A stretch of 64,000 nucleotides of DNA from Candidatus Bathyarchaeota archaeon (GCA_963726255.1 CAVSBL010000002.1:1696001-1760000), one strand, 5' to 3'; shown: positions 1-10,628, numbered from the stretch's first letter. A program made the numbers and translations. The notes: a model not told the origin generated them from the sequence alone.

Positions 1-2511
1 CTCCCATTCAACAAAGAGAAGATTACAAACGCAATCTACAAAGCCATAGTCGCAACGGGCAGTAGAGACCGCGCACTCGCTGACTCCCTGTCAACGCGCG
101 TAGTTGAGATCCTTGATGAGAAATACGGTGGAGAAGCGATTCCTGCCGTTGAGGATGTTCAAGATGTTGTAGAAAGAGCGCTAGTTGAAAATGGCCAAGC
201 GAAGGTCGCTAAGGCATACATAATCTACAGGCAGAAAAGGGCTGAGATTAGGCGTGAAAAGCAGCGAATCCTCGAGAAGGAAACTATCGATGAGGTAGAC
301 AAGGTCTTCGACCTGAACGCCCTGAAAGTTCTCAAGGCTAGGTACCTGAAGAAAGATGAGGCAGGCAAACTCATAGAAACACCGAAGCAACTCTTCACGA
401 GAATCGCAGTCCACGCTGCGCTACCAGACCTATTCTACGACCCTGAGGTCTACGACATAAGCAAGAAACAGAATGCGCATCCGCAAGAAAAGTTTGACCC
501 AATTCAATACCATGAGAAGGTCAGCATCGGAAAGTATGCGCTCAACCAGTATCACCTTGAAGCTTTGAAGCGGATGTATGACCGCTTTGACCGCGAAGGC
601 GCTGCAAAGATTTCCTGGTCACGCTTCTTCGAAATGCTCAAGACAGGACTCTTCAACAAGTATGAGAAGTCCATCAACTCATTTTACGAGCTGATGGTTT
701 CCAAGAAATTCATGCCTAACACACCTGCAATCGCCAATTTCGGAAACGTTCTCGGAATGGGCTCCGCCTGCTTCGTTCTGGGTGTCGATGATTCCATTGA
801 GAGCATAATGGAGACCTTGAAGCAGACCGCAGTGGTCTTCAAAGCGGGGGGAGGGATGGGCTACAACTTTTCGAGACTAAGACCTGAAGGAGATTACGTA
901 AGTTCAACCTCGGGCGTGGCATCGGGCCCCATCAGTTTCATGATGTTGTTCGATACCATGACTGACGTGATAAAGCAAGGGGGAATCCGGCGCGGTGCCA
1001 ACATGGGCATACTCAACAGCAATCATCCAGACATCGAGAAATTCATAACCGCAAAGAAAGGAAACAAAGCGTTAAGGAACTTCAACATTTCAGTTCTCTT
1101 GATGCCTGACTTCTGGGAATGCTACAACAAGAACAAACCATACCCCCTCGTCAACCCCCGGACCGGTCAGGTTGTCCGCGAAGTCAACCCACGCCTATTG
1201 TTCGACATGATAGTCTACCAAGCGTGGGAAAGTGCTGAACCAGGCGTGATCTTTTTCGACCACGTGAACGAGTACAACCCGTTCTTGAAACACCTTGGTC
1301 CAATAATCACAACAAACCCATGCGGCGAAGTCCTGCTCTACCCAAATGAATCCTGTAATCTTGGCAGCGTCAATGTATGGGCGTTTGCGAAACGTGATGA
1401 CAACGGAAAAAACACCTATGATTGGGACGGGTTAAAGGAAGCAGTCTACGTAGGTTCCAGATTCCTTGACAACGTGATTGATGTAAACAACTTCCCACTT
1501 AAGGCAATTGAAGACATGACGCTTGCAACACGGAAGATAGGGCTAGGAGTAATGGGGCTAGCCGACTTACTTTTCGAACTTCGCATGGCATACAACAGCG
1601 ACGAAGGCCGCAAGTTCATGGAGGAGCTTATGGAATTCATCAATTACCACTCAAAGCTTACATCGATCGACCTGGCGAAAGAACGAGGCCCAGTGCCTTA
1701 CTACAACAAAAGCTTCTACCCTGAAGGAAAGCTGCCCTTCGCGGGGTTCGCCAATCGAAAACTGTGGCATTTTGAGTGGGACAAGGTAACTGAAATGATT
1801 AAGCAGCATGGCGTACGGAACGGGTACACAACCGTGATCGCACCCACCGGTAGCATCTCAATGATCGCGGGATGCAGCAGCGGCATGGAACCCGTCTACT
1901 CCCTCGTCTACGAGAAACACGTCAAGGTTGGAAGCTTCTACTATATCGACCCCGTGTTCGAACGCGTCATGACTGACGAAGGCTTGTTTGGCGATGACCT
2001 GCTTAGGGATGTGAACGACCACGGCGGCTCAATCCAGAGAATCAGCTACATACCTGAAGATCTGAAGCGAGTCTACATTACCGCTATGGACATTCGCCCA
2101 GAGGATCACATCCGGGCTCTCGCTGTCTTTCAGAGGTGGACGGACTCCTCGATTTCAAAGACCAACAACTTCCCCGCTAATGCGACGGTCGAAGACATGC
2201 GGGAATCATACCTGCTCGCCTACAAACTCGGCTGCAAGGATGTTACCGTATTTCGGGATACCTCAATCAAAGGCCAAGTCCTAGTAGTGCCGCGCAAGAA
2301 GAATGAGGACACTAAAGAGGGGGAAAGCAAAAATGATGAGGAACAAGCAGTAGTGAAGCCACTCGCACCCAAGCTATTGGCTGTGCCTTTGGTCGGCGCC
2401 TCCCAAGGCATGAGCGAACAGATCAAACTTTGCCCCCAATGCCAGAGCCAAGTAGTGTACCAAGAAGGCTGTTACATATGCCACGAATGCAGCTGGGGCG
2501 CCTGCTCCTAA
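1..2511 (+). CDS. nrdJ: Class II (adenosylcobalamin-dependent) ribonucleotide reductase with N-terminal ATP-cone; 5' end lies before the window
   Basis: Frame is open from base 1 (LPFNKEKITNAIYKA..., ATP-cone) and in frame with the 565 ORF; motifs FMPNTP, SACFV, GGGMG, RRGANMG, TNPCGE, IAPTGSIS; C-terminal CPxC...CxxC. Confidence 0.95.
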   Translation, partial: LPFNKEKITNAIYKAIVATGSRDRALADSLSTRVVEILDEKYGGEAIPAVEDVQDVVERALVENGQAKVAKAYIIYRQKRAEIRREKQRILEKETIDEVDKVFDLNALKVLKARYLKKDEAGKLIETPKQLFTRIAVHAALPDLFYDPEVYDISKKQNAHPQEKFDPIQYHEKVSIGKYALNQYHLEALKRMYDRFDREGAAKISWSRFFEMLKTGLFNKYEKSINSFYELMVSKKFMPNTPAIANFGNVLGMGSACFVLGVDDSIESIMETLKQTAVVFKAGGGMGYNFSRLRPEGDYVSSTSGVASGPISFMMLFDTMTDVIKQGGIRRGANMGILNSNHPDIEKFITAKKGNKALRNFNISVLLMPDFWECYNKNKPYPLVNPRTGQVVREVNPRLLFDMIVYQAWESAEPGVIFFDHVNEYNPFLKHLGPIITTNPCGEVLLYPNESCNLGSVNVWAFAKRDDNGKNTYDWDGLKEAVYVGSRFLDNVIDVNNFPLKAIEDMTLATRKIGLGVMGLADLLFELRMAYNSDEGRKFMEELMEFINYHSKLTSIDLAKERGPVPYYNKSFYPEGKLPFAGFANRKLWHFEWDKVTEMIKQHGVRNGYTTVIAPTGSISMIAGCSSGMEPVYSLVYEKHVKVGSFYYIDPVFERVMTDEGLFGDDLLRDVNDHGGSIQRISYIPEDLKRVYITAMDIRPEDHIRALAVFQRWTDSSISKTNNFPANATVEDMRESYLLAYKLGCKDVTVFRDTSIKGQVLVVPRKKNEDTKEGESKNDEEQAVVKPLAPKLLAVPLVGASQGMSEQIKLCPQCQSQVVYQEGCYICHECSWGACS

Positions 2512-2701
2512 CCAGGGCATAGGTCCCGAGCAGTAGTTAACCCGCTCAACCAACTACCCTTCAAGGCATCCAGACTAGCAGACGACATCACTCCCGGCAT
2601 TCCATGGCTCTACCGAAAACTACCCGGTCCTCTCTACATGAGGTGCGAAGGCAAATGGCCCAACTTTATTTCCCAAGGCACCAAGTGAAACGCTGGTTAC
2701 C

Positions 2702-3394
2702 ATGGACAAACGCTTGCTCAGGCTCGTCAACAAGATCAGAAACAGAAACCTTCGGAAGAAGGTCTATGCCCTCCTTGATAATCCATCGGTCAAGATAGGC
2801 GGTAAGACATTCTCTGGGTTGCCGATTGAAAAATCTCCAGCGAGTATTCGGCATCACCACAACTACCCTGGGGGTTTCATTGAACATACGCTGGCCTTGT
2901 ATGAACTCTGCATGAGCTTGTCCCGAGTGGCACGAATGATCTACGGGTGCAGGGTAAACAATGACCTCGTGATATGTGGTGTTCTGCTTCACGACATCTT
3001 CAAACCAGTTACCTATTTACGGACCGACGATGGCAGGTATCGGCCATCCGCGTTGGCAGAACGAGTTGACCATCTTACCCTAGCTAGCGCGGAGCTAATT
3101 CGACGAGGATTTCCGCTCGACGCTGTTCACGTCGTGGCCGCCAGCCACGGTCGGCAGTACGGGCCTATAGGACCAATGACTGTTGAGGCCTTGATTTGCC
3201 ACCTTGGTGATTCTGCTGAAGCTGATCTTAACGGGGAAGTTCTAAGCGCAGCAAGATTCATGATTCGTGAGGTTACCGGAGAAGAACCCCGCGCACTAAG
3301 CGGCAAAGATGCGTTTGCCATAGTAAAGGCCAAAGCCGACAAGGGGTGGAACGGCGTAAGACAGTACCTCTCCCACACAGGGTACAACAGCTAG
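2702..3394 (+). CDS. HD-domain phosphohydrolase (YhaM-like HD domain)
   Basis: PAS..HHHNYPGG..EHT, LLHDIFK, ASHG motifs. Confidence 0.8.
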   Translation: MDKRLLRLVNKIRNRNLRKKVYALLDNPSVKIGGKTFSGLPIEKSPASIRHHHNYPGGFIEHTLALYELCMSLSRVARMIYGCRVNNDLVICGVLLHDIFKPVTYLRTDDGRYRPSALAERVDHLTLASAELIRRGFPLDAVHVVAASHGRQYGPIGPMTVEALICHLGDSAEADLNGEVLSAARFMIREVTGEEPRALSGKDAFAIVKAKADKGWNGVRQYLSHTGYNS

Positions 3395-3427
3395 TGAGGT
3401 GAAAAGGCCCCAGGGAGTGTCGTTCTA

Positions 3428-4138
3428 GTGAAGAATGACGTTTGGAACGCGGTAATTCATGCAATAGAGACCTCGATCCCTGAATACGACCACGTTAACG
3501 AGAAGGTTTCGTTCGGTAGGGCATTAAAGGCCCGAAAGTACGCAGTAGGCCAGCTTGCACTGAGCGAGGGAATGACGGTTCTCGATGCGGGCATCGGCCC
3601 AGGAACTATGAGCGAAGCCCTCCTTTCAGAATCCGAAGGCCTCACGATTCTAGGGTTGGACGCGTCAGCGACGCTTCTTCGCGCGGCCCGCGAACGCTTC
3701 AAATCATCAAGACGTACGCAACTACATTTCGTACGTGCAGTTTTCGAAGCCGTCCCAATCAGGAATGGCTCTGTAAATCGCATCGTAAGCGCATACGCTT
3801 TCAGAGATGCCAGAGACCGCGAGGAGGCTATTGATGAGTTTCGCAGAGTTTTGACATCCGATGGATCCTTCGCGATAATAGATTTGGGTAAACCCAACGA
3901 GGTTCTCAAGAGAGCCATCGTTACGGTATACATTGAACACCTCATGCCCTTGGTCGCCCGGTTTTCGAAATCAAGCCGAATCCGCGGCAACCCGTGGCGA
4001 ATGATTGTTCCGACTTACCAGCTGCTCTCAACTAACCGAGAGCTAATGCAATCCCTGAAGAAACGATTTGATGACGTAAGAATTTCGGAGTTCTCAATGG
4101 GCGGCCTTATAGTTGTTCTTGCGCGAGTTAGCGGCTAG
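3428..4138 (+). CDS. Class I SAM-dependent methyltransferase, UbiE/MenG-like
   Basis: YDHVN, VLDAGIGPG motif I, AYAFRD, RVLxxxG. Confidence 0.8.
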   Translation: MKNDVWNAVIHAIETSIPEYDHVNEKVSFGRALKARKYAVGQLALSEGMTVLDAGIGPGTMSEALLSESEGLTILGLDASATLLRAARERFKSSRRTQLHFVRAVFEAVPIRNGSVNRIVSAYAFRDARDREEAIDEFRRVLTSDGSFAIIDLGKPNEVLKRAIVTVYIEHLMPLVARFSKSSRIRGNPWRMIVPTYQLLSTNRELMQSLKKRFDDVRISEFSMGGLIVVLARVSG

Positions 4139-5352
4139 CTGCCGACTCTTGAAACGAAATCAGCCATCTTCTTGAACCCTAACTCAATTCGTTCCTCAGA
4201 CTCGCTGACGAACGTCATCCTAACGTGGCCACGGCCGTTGTCACCGAAGAATCGTCCGGGTATAACTGCTACTCCAGTCTCTTTCAGGAGTCTTCCTGCA
4301 AATTCCTCTTCGTTTAGTTTCAGCTTCGAGAGGTATGGGCGCATGTCGACAAAATAGTAGAAGGCCCCGGACGGGGTGACTGTTTTGGCTAAGGGGAGAT
4401 GCGTTTTCAGCATTTTTCCCATGAAATCCCTTTTCTTGAGATAGTGTGGGAGAACTATGTTTCTCAGGTAGGGTTCCTTCATGTTTTCTTTCAGGAATTT
4501 CACCAAACCAAATTGGGCCAAACTATCGGGGGCAAGCGTGCTGTACTGTTGCATTTTCTCCATTGAGTCGATTATTTCCTTTGGAGCAAGCGTGTAGCCT
4601 AGACGGAGGCCGGGTATGCTGGCTTCCTTTGAGAAGCTTGAAACGGTTATAGTGTGCTCCCGTGCACCCGGCAGCCGGCTAATCCAAATGTGTTCTCCTT
4701 CGTAGACAATGTGCTTGTAGACATCATCGCTGATTATCCAGAAATCGTAATCCTGCGCGAGATCCACGAGTGCCTTCACAAAGGCCTGATTCAGGATTCT
4801 CCCCGTAGGATTGTCCGGGGATAGAACTATCACTGCCTTCGTTTTCTTTGAGACCGCCTGGTTGAGGGCTTCAGGGCTAGGCTGATATCCGTCCTCAACG
4901 TTGACCGGGAGCCGCTTCGGTTTTCCCTCAGCCAATTCGATCAATTCCCGGTATCCAAGGTACGTGGGATCAGTGACAATCACGTCGTCTCCTGAATTGA
5001 TTAGCGACATGAGCAGACTGAAGATTGCCTCAGTGCCACCAGTGCTCAGAATTATTTCAGAGCGAGGGTCGTAGTCGACCCTGCCGTACTTCCTTGCGTC
5101 ATCTGCGATGGCTGCCCGTAGTTCCGGGATGCCTCGCGTTCCCGTATATCCGCAGCTCTTCAGCGGGTCCGACGTGAGTAGGCGGCTGAATTCGTCGAGA
5201 AAGCCTTGGGGTGGAGGGACGCTAGGTGCTCCTCCACCGAATGATATTATGTTGCCGCGTCCCCGTGCCTCGTCAAGTAGAGCCGCCACTTTGCGGATCG
5301 GCGATATGTGGATTTTCTCCATGCGCCGAGACAGGTTTCTCATCGACTGCAC
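4135..5352 (-). CDS. PLP-dependent aminotransferase class I/II
   Basis: SPDNPTG, DDVY, SFSKEASIPGLRLG, IPGRFFG. Confidence 0.9.
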   Translation of the reverse strand: MQSMRNLSRRMEKIHISPIRKVAALLDEARGRGNIISFGGGAPSVPPPQGFLDEFSRLLTSDPLKSCGYTGTRGIPELRAAIADDARKYGRVDYDPRSEIILSTGGTEAIFSLLMSLINSGDDVIVTDPTYLGYRELIELAEGKPKRLPVNVEDGYQPSPEALNQAVSKKTKAVIVLSPDNPTGRILNQAFVKALVDLAQDYDFWIISDDVYKHIVYEGEHIWISRLPGAREHTITVSSFSKEASIPGLRLGYTLAPKEIIDSMEKMQQYSTLAPDSLAQFGLVKFLKENMKEPYLRNIVLPHYLKKRDFMGKMLKTHLPLAKTVTPSGAFYYFVDMRPYLSKLKLNEEEFAGRLLKETGVAVIPGRFFGDNGRGHVRMTFVSESEERIELGFKKMADFVSRVGS

Positions 5353-5393
5353 ATTTCATCGTGCAGCCTGCACCGCTTATACCGTTTACTGTG

Positions 5394-6680
5394 CTACGTT
5401 GCAGGTTTGAGTTTGGTCGCTCCACCCATGTAGACTTGTAAAGTTTCTGGGATCGTGATCGAACCGTCTTTGGTTTGGTAGTTCTCCAAGATTGCGACCA
5501 AGGCTCTCTCAGTGGCGACGAGCGTGCTGTTGAGGGTGTGAACCCAACTGGTTGGTTCGTCAGGCCTGTCTCTGAACCTGATTTTCGACCGCACCGCCTG
5601 ATACGTCGTGCAGTTGCTGCACGAGACCACCTCTCTGTACGTGCCCTGCCCTGGAAGCCACGCGTCTAGGTCATATTTCTTCGCGGCGACTGTTCCGAGA
5701 TCCCCTGTACAAACGTTGACGACTCGGTATGGGATTTTCAGCATCTGGAAAAATTCTTCAGCGTTCGCAATGAGTTTCTCATGTTCATCCCACGTCTGTT
5801 CCGGTTTGCAGAAGACGAACTGTTCGACCTTCTCGAATTGGTGCACCCTGAAGATTCCTTTGGTATCCTTCCCGTGCGCGCCAGCTTCCTTTCTGAAGCA
5901 TGGGCTCACTCCTGAATACCTTAGCGGCAGTCTCTTTCCATCTAATATTTCGTTCATGTGTTGCGCGAGGAGTGCGTGTTCAGATGTCGCGAGAAGGTAG
6001 AGGTCTTCTCCTTCCACCTTGTAAATGACGTCTTCAAAGTCTGATAGTGCGACAGCGCCCCCAACTGCTTCACGCCGCAGTAGGTATGGGGGTTGTGTTA
6101 ACTTGTAACCTTTCATGTCGCAGAAGTCCAAAGCGAGTCTAATCAGGGCATGATTGAGTTTCACCAGGTCCCCCCTGAGGTAGTAGAATCTAGCCCCAGC
6201 GACCTTCGCGGCTCTCTCTAGGTCGACAAGCCCAAGTTGTGTGGTTAAGTCGATGTGGTCTTTCGGTTTGAAGTTGAACTCTGGTGGTTTGCCCCACTTC
6301 CTCACTTCAACGTTATCATTCTCATCTTTCCCAACCGGCACGCTCTCGTGCATTATGTTAGGCAGTTGCATGAGCGTGTTCGCAATCTTGCTGTCGAGAT
6401 CTGCGACCTCTTTCTCGAGCGTTTTGATTTGATCTGGAATCTGTTCAGCTTCTTTAACCAATTGCGAGACATCCTGGCCTTGTCTCCGAGCTTGAGCTAT
6501 CTGTTCCGTGATCTTGTTCCTCTTGCTTCGCAGCGTGTCTGCTTGGGTTCGAAGGCTACGCCATTTGCGATCATTTTCTAGCAGTTCGTCTACCCAGGGG
6601 ATTTTTGCATCGTCCCCCCGCCGCGTTAGATTCGCTTTGACTACCTGAGGGTTATCCCGAACAAATTTCATATCAAGCAT
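5394..6680 (-). CDS. serS: Serine--tRNA ligase
   Basis: N-terminal coiled-coil arm, FRKEAG..GIFRVHQFEKVE, EVVSCSNC, HTLNST. Confidence 0.98.
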   Translation of the reverse strand: MLDMKFVRDNPQVVKANLTRRGDDAKIPWVDELLENDRKWRSLRTQADTLRSKRNKITEQIAQARRQGQDVSQLVKEAEQIPDQIKTLEKEVADLDSKIANTLMQLPNIMHESVPVGKDENDNVEVRKWGKPPEFNFKPKDHIDLTTQLGLVDLERAAKVAGARFYYLRGDLVKLNHALIRLALDFCDMKGYKLTQPPYLLRREAVGGAVALSDFEDVIYKVEGEDLYLLATSEHALLAQHMNEILDGKRLPLRYSGVSPCFRKEAGAHGKDTKGIFRVHQFEKVEQFVFCKPEQTWDEHEKLIANAEEFFQMLKIPYRVVNVCTGDLGTVAAKKYDLDAWLPGQGTYREVVSCSNCTTYQAVRSKIRFRDRPDEPTSWVHTLNSTLVATERALVAILENYQTKDGSITIPETLQVYMGGATKLKPAT

Positions 6681-6780
6681 GTTTCTCGCCTACTTTTCGA
6701 GCATTCAAGCGATTGTTTTCACTCGGGTAATTAGGTTGGAAATAGTTTGGCATTGTGTTTTGGGCCGCCTAATTAAAAGC

Positions 6781-7644
6781 TCATCTAAGATTCGTTGCGA
6801 CGAATATCACAGCTAACAGGATCAGTGCATATCCCGCAATTTGAATAGGATTTGGAACTTCATGGAAGAGAGGTATGGCAAAGAGGGATGCCAAGATAGG
6901 CTCCATTAATGGAAAGAGGTTTGCTGTGACGGTCTTTACAGAACCGAGGGAATAGTTGTAAAGTGAATGGCCAACCGCAGTAGGCAACAGCGCCAAGCCA
7001 AGAATGGCGACAATATTTTGCGCATCATATGATTGAAACGTATGCTCTCCCAACGCTCCAACCATAAGTAACGCAACCAATGCGGCAGCTGAGTATACGT
7101 AAGACGTGTAGCAAGATGTGCTAACGCCGCTCGTCCTCAGGTATCTTCCCACTAAGGAGTATTGAGCCACGAAGAAGGCGGCGAGCAAAGCGGAAAGGTC
7201 AGCCAATCCGAACGCATGGAAGCCATTGCCAGCGTTGGCAACAAGTATGACTCCAAACGTAGCAACCAGCACACTCACTATTTCCTTTGAGGTTGTTCGC
7301 TCCCTTATGATGATGGGAGAGAGCACTGCAAGCATGACTGGGCTCGTGTTCACCAAGAATGTTGCGTTTGCGATTGTGGTTTCCTTGACCGCGAAAATGA
7401 AGGCCGCAAAATGCAAACTGAGAAATGCGCCGGAGATCGCGACGAGAACCAAGTCACGCCTCGGTAGGATGTGTAAATTTCGGCTTGCGAATCCAAATAG
7501 AACCATTACCAATGCAGCAATGAAAAGACGGAAAAACGTTAGCGACATCGCGGAAGCTTCAGTTGCAAATCTGATGAAAATTGCGGCTGTGGCAAAGAAG
7601 AATGAAGCAACAAAAAGAATGACTATACCCCTTGATAGTGACAA
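6781..7644 (-). CDS. DMT/EamA family transporter
   Basis: About 10 hydrophobic segments, two EamA-like repeats, GHSLYN..EP. Confidence 0.85.
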   Translation of the reverse strand: MSLSRGIVILFVASFFFATAAIFIRFATEASAMSLTFFRLFIAALVMVLFGFASRNLHILPRRDLVLVAISGAFLSLHFAAFIFAVKETTIANATFLVNTSPVMLAVLSPIIIRERTTSKEIVSVLVATFGVILVANAGNGFHAFGLADLSALLAAFFVAQYSLVGRYLRTSGVSTSCYTSYVYSAAALVALLMVGALGEHTFQSYDAQNIVAILGLALLPTAVGHSLYNYSLGSVKTVTANLFPLMEPILASLFAIPLFHEVPNPIQIAGYALILLAVIFVATNLR

Positions 7645-7767
7645 CCAAAGAACACTCGCAGATTATGACAGAGCAGTGTATTGCCGAACATTGTCCTTTA
7701 ACTATCTGATGGCTATTTAGGATTCGAAAATTAGTGCGCTGACCCAGCGCGCTCGGCGGAAGTACCG

Positions 7768-8652
7768 TTGAACAACCAAACGAGAGGAGCTTTGCTCATA
7801 ATGGCGGCTGCTTTCTTATGGGGAACCACTGGAGTAATCAGCAAGACTGCTTACGCCGAAACTAATGTGGGTCCGATTTCGCTCGCTTTTTATCGACTAA
7901 TATTCGCGATTCCAGTCCTTGCGTTTCTCGTTCGGGTAAAGCGGTACGAAGTTTCACTGACGCTCGGCGAGGTAGGGCTCTTCGCGTGTTTCGGTTTCTG
8001 CAGCTTGTCTGTCTTCGAAACGCTCCTCTTTACCGCATTTCAGTACACTACCGTGCAACACGCGACTGCGCTTCTTTATACTGCGCCTGCTTTCGTTGCC
8101 CTACTTTCGTGGTTGATCCTGAAGGAGCATTTTACCAAGGCCAAGATAGCTGCTGTCGCTCTTTCGATTCTAGGGGCGTTCCTGATTCTCGGTCTAGTGA
8201 CGCGTGAACCGTTGTTTGCGTCAAGAACGCAGATTGGAGACTGGTTGGCAGTGGGTTCAGGGTTGGCTTACTCTTCCTGGTACCTTTTCGGAAAGGTTCT
8301 TGGAAAAAGTAGGGACCCGGCGGTCACAGCTTTGTTGGCTACGTGTTTCGGATCCATTTTCCTATTCCCAATCATGGTGGGACTAGAGGGAATGCGAATC
8401 CCGGGAAGCATGCTTGCTTGGCAGTTAGTGGCGACTATTGGGGTCGTTCCAACCGCGATGGCGTACGTTCTTTACCTAGGCGGATTAAAGCTGATCGAAG
8501 CAACTAAGGCCAGCGTTTTTGCAATAATCGAACCAGTCACCGCGGCGATCCTAGGATTTTGGTTCTTTCATGAAATGTTTACTTACGTTTCGTTCGTCGG
8601 GTTTGCGCTAATAATCGGTAGCATTATTCTAATCTCAACGGATAGAACTTAA
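7768..8652 (+). CDS. DMT/EamA family transporter
   Basis: LWGTTG, LLYTAP, IIEPV motifs; about 10 TM segments; divergent from the other EamA gene. Confidence 0.85.
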   Translation: MNNQTRGALLIMAAAFLWGTTGVISKTAYAETNVGPISLAFYRLIFAIPVLAFLVRVKRYEVSLTLGEVGLFACFGFCSLSVFETLLFTAFQYTTVQHATALLYTAPAFVALLSWLILKEHFTKAKIAAVALSILGAFLILGLVTREPLFASRTQIGDWLAVGSGLAYSSWYLFGKVLGKSRDPAVTALLATCFGSIFLFPIMVGLEGMRIPGSMLAWQLVATIGVVPTAMAYVLYLGGLKLIEATKASVFAIIEPVTAAILGFWFFHEMFTYVSFVGFALIIGSIILISTDRT

Positions 8653-8747
8653 CCGATGCGAAGCGCACTTTGCTTTTCGGAGCTTTTCATACATACCTTC
8701 TTAATCTAACGGTAGGCTATAGTTTCCATGCAGTCAGGTGATAACTT

Positions 8748-9059
8748 ACGTTCAAACTGGTTATTCTCGTGAAGAAGAGAGAGACTCTGAGCGATCAGGA
8801 ATTTGCCAAATACTGGCTGGAAAAGCATGCTCCTCTAGCAAGAAAGATGCCCGGATTGAGGAGGTACGTTGTCAATGTCGTTAGGAGACCACCTAACAGG
8901 GAACCCGATTACCACGGAGTCGTGGAGCTATGGTTCGACGACATTGATAGCATGAAAAAGGGATTCGCTTCTCCAGAAGGATTGAACACACAGAGGGATA
9001 CAGAAGCCTTCGCAAGCAAACTCATAACTCTATACATTGACGAGCATGAGATAGCCTAG
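8748..9059 (+). CDS. EthD-family dimeric alpha/beta-barrel protein (start probably ACG 8748; ORF track uses GTG 8769)
   Basis: FKLVILVKKR..EF..YW...HAPL....PGLRRY..N, DGV-like ELWFD motif. Confidence 0.8.
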   Translation, partial: TFKLVILVKKRETLSDQEFAKYWLEKHAPLARKMPGLRRYVVNVVRRPPNREPDYHGVVELWFDDIDSMKKGFASPEGLNTQRDTEAFASKLITLYIDEHEIA

Positions 9060-9103
9060 CACGATGAAAACTCAGGCAGTTCGTTAAGCCCATTTATCGT
9101 GGT

Positions 9104-9162
9104 GGTTCTGTTTACTGAGCGTCGGACGAAAAAAGAAACGATGACTGTTAACTCGCGTCGGA
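9104..9162 (+). repeat. Left terminal inverted repeat of the large element
   Basis: GGTTCTGTTTACTGAGCGTCGGACGAAAAAAGAAACGATGACTGTTAACTCGCGTCGGA. Confidence 0.9.
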
Positions 9163-9169
9163 TGTGTGC

Positions 9170-9355
9170 TCATTTGGTTTGTTGGATTAGTTTCGCGTTG
9201 ATTTCGTCAAACATTTTTATCTTGGGAAAATACTGTGTCTCACGGTAGCCCGTATCTGTCACATATTGTCCTGCCCTATGCTGGAACTCAAGTTTGGCGT
9301 AATTGAGCGCTTCCTTGAGGAAGGCAATCTCTTCTACAGTGAAATCGATATTCAT
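9170..9355 (-). CDS. Small hypothetical cargo protein (61 aa)
   Basis: ATG start, helical protein-like composition, ends just inside the left TIR. Confidence 0.55.
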   Translation of the reverse strand: MNIDFTVEEIAFLKEALNYAKLEFQHRAGQYVTDTGYRETQYFPKIKMFDEINAKLIQQTK

Positions 9356-9397
9356 GCCTAAGCCCTTCCATGCTCTAATCCTGTCTGCCCACTCATA

Positions 9398-9604
9398 TTA
9401 ATCACCTGTAGGATTTTTGGGCATAGCTCTTGCTCCACGTCTTGGGCTTTTCTTAGGTTCTTTTTGTCTCGAATCGCCCTTGAGCAGATGTTCATCATAT
9501 TTCCTGAGCCGATTTTGAAATTCTTGACTTTTATCAGGTATGTAGTCATCAAACCATCTAGTTAGTGCGCGTGCCATGGCAATTGAAATTGCATACGCTT
9601 GTCC
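9398..9604 (-). pseudogene. 3' remnant of a 5'-truncated cargo gene
   Basis: Open frame with no credible start; abuts the transposase fragment at a probable deletion junction. Confidence 0.4.
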
Positions 9605-9859
9605 CATAACAAAATGGAACGATTCAACGGAGAGTTACGCGACCGAGAAAAAGTAATGCGCTCACTCAAGAAAGAGGATACACCCATCATTTCAGGAGTC
9701 CAAATCTATCACAACTACATAAGACCTCATGTAGGATTAAACGGCGTGACACCCGCAGAAAAGGCTGGTATCGAGGTTAAAGGAGAAGATAAGTGGCTGA
9801 CTCTAATCCAAAACGCTGCCCAAAGCCGACATATATCAAGATACGGATTGCATACTTAA
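9605..9859 (+). pseudogene. C-terminal fragment of an archaeal IS6-like DDE transposase
   Basis: NKMERFNGELRDR (third catalytic E region), YHNYIRPH..LNG.TPAEKAGI, KWLTLIQNA; the N-terminal region with the two catalytic Asp is absent. Confidence 0.85.
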
Positions 9860-9912
9860 TCATACGGATTGCATACTAATCTTTATTACGGTGTCATCCG
9901 TATGAACATACG
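9841..9912 (+). promoter_or_regulatory. Tandem and inverted operator-like repeats around a TATA-like box
   Basis: ATACGGATTGCATAC(T)TAAT x2 (9841-9880), CTTTATTA (9881-9888), inverted copy CATCCGTATG (9895-9904), CATACG (9907-9912). Confidence 0.55.
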
Positions 9913-9944
9913 CTGGGAAACCGCTACGGACGGAGGTGAATCGA

Positions 9945-10628
9945 TTGAAGCTTGGCGAGTATACCATTCCTGACAATCCTAACAGACTTCCATTGCTAGT
10001 CGAAGTAACGAAGAAAATCTATGACACATACAAATCGGACGCTATTCCAAATGCCACAAAGAATGACGCGCTTGCCCAGTTACTTGGGTTCAAGTCATCA
10101 AACAATGGTGCATATTGGAATCGTCTCACGGCATTGCGAACATACGGATTGCTTGAGGGCCGAGGGGACTTGCGAGTCTCGCAGCTAGGAAAGGACCTGA
10201 CATACGGGACAGGTGAAACAAAATCACATGCAGCCTTCAAAGCGTTTCAAAACATCGGGCTTTGGAGGGAACTATACAAAGCGCACAGATTTCAGCTACC
10301 AACTCAGGATTTCTGGGCGAAACTTGCGAAGATTGCGAATTGCGAACCGCCAGTAGCCAAAAGTAATCAACAGTATGTTAGCGAGGCTTTCGCAGAGGAT
10401 TCAAAACTCATTACATCCAGCAAACAAGGTACAGGTGGCGAGGATGAAATGACATCATTGGAGCAACAACCTCAGGGAACCCCTCAATACATCGAAATTA
10501 AGGCAGGACCGTACTTCCATCGGCTTCCCTTCACGACCCAGGGGAAGAAAATCGCGTTGGAAGCCCTACAACTGCTCGAAGTACCAGAAACCAAAGTGAC
10601 TGAGAAAACCGACAAAAGAGAGAGGTAA
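9945..10628 (+). CDS. Hypothetical cargo protein with a predicted winged-helix N-terminal domain
   Basis: RBS GGAGGTGA before TTG 9945; LAQLLG..NNGAY..RLTALRTYGLLEG....VSQLG pattern resembles a wHTH. Confidence 0.65.
   Translation: MKLGEYTIPDNPNRLPLLVEVTKKIYDTYKSDAIPNATKNDALAQLLGFKSSNNGAYWNRLTALRTYGLLEGRGDLRVSQLGKDLTYGTGETKSHAAFKAFQNIGLWRELYKAHRFQLPTQDFWAKLAKIANCEPPVAKSNQQYVSEAFAEDSKLITSSKQGTGGEDEMTSLEQQPQGTPQYIEIKAGPYFHRLPFTTQGKKIALEALQLLEVPETKVTEKTDKRER

Noticed and set aside
1-2511. Intein in the ribonucleotide reductase
   Set aside because: Catalytic motifs are contiguous and no C/S...HN splice motifs or endonuclease insert are visible
9841-9880. Tandem 20-bp repeat as a CRISPR mini-array
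   Set aside because: Only two adjacent copies, no spacer, no cas genes; better explained as operator boxes
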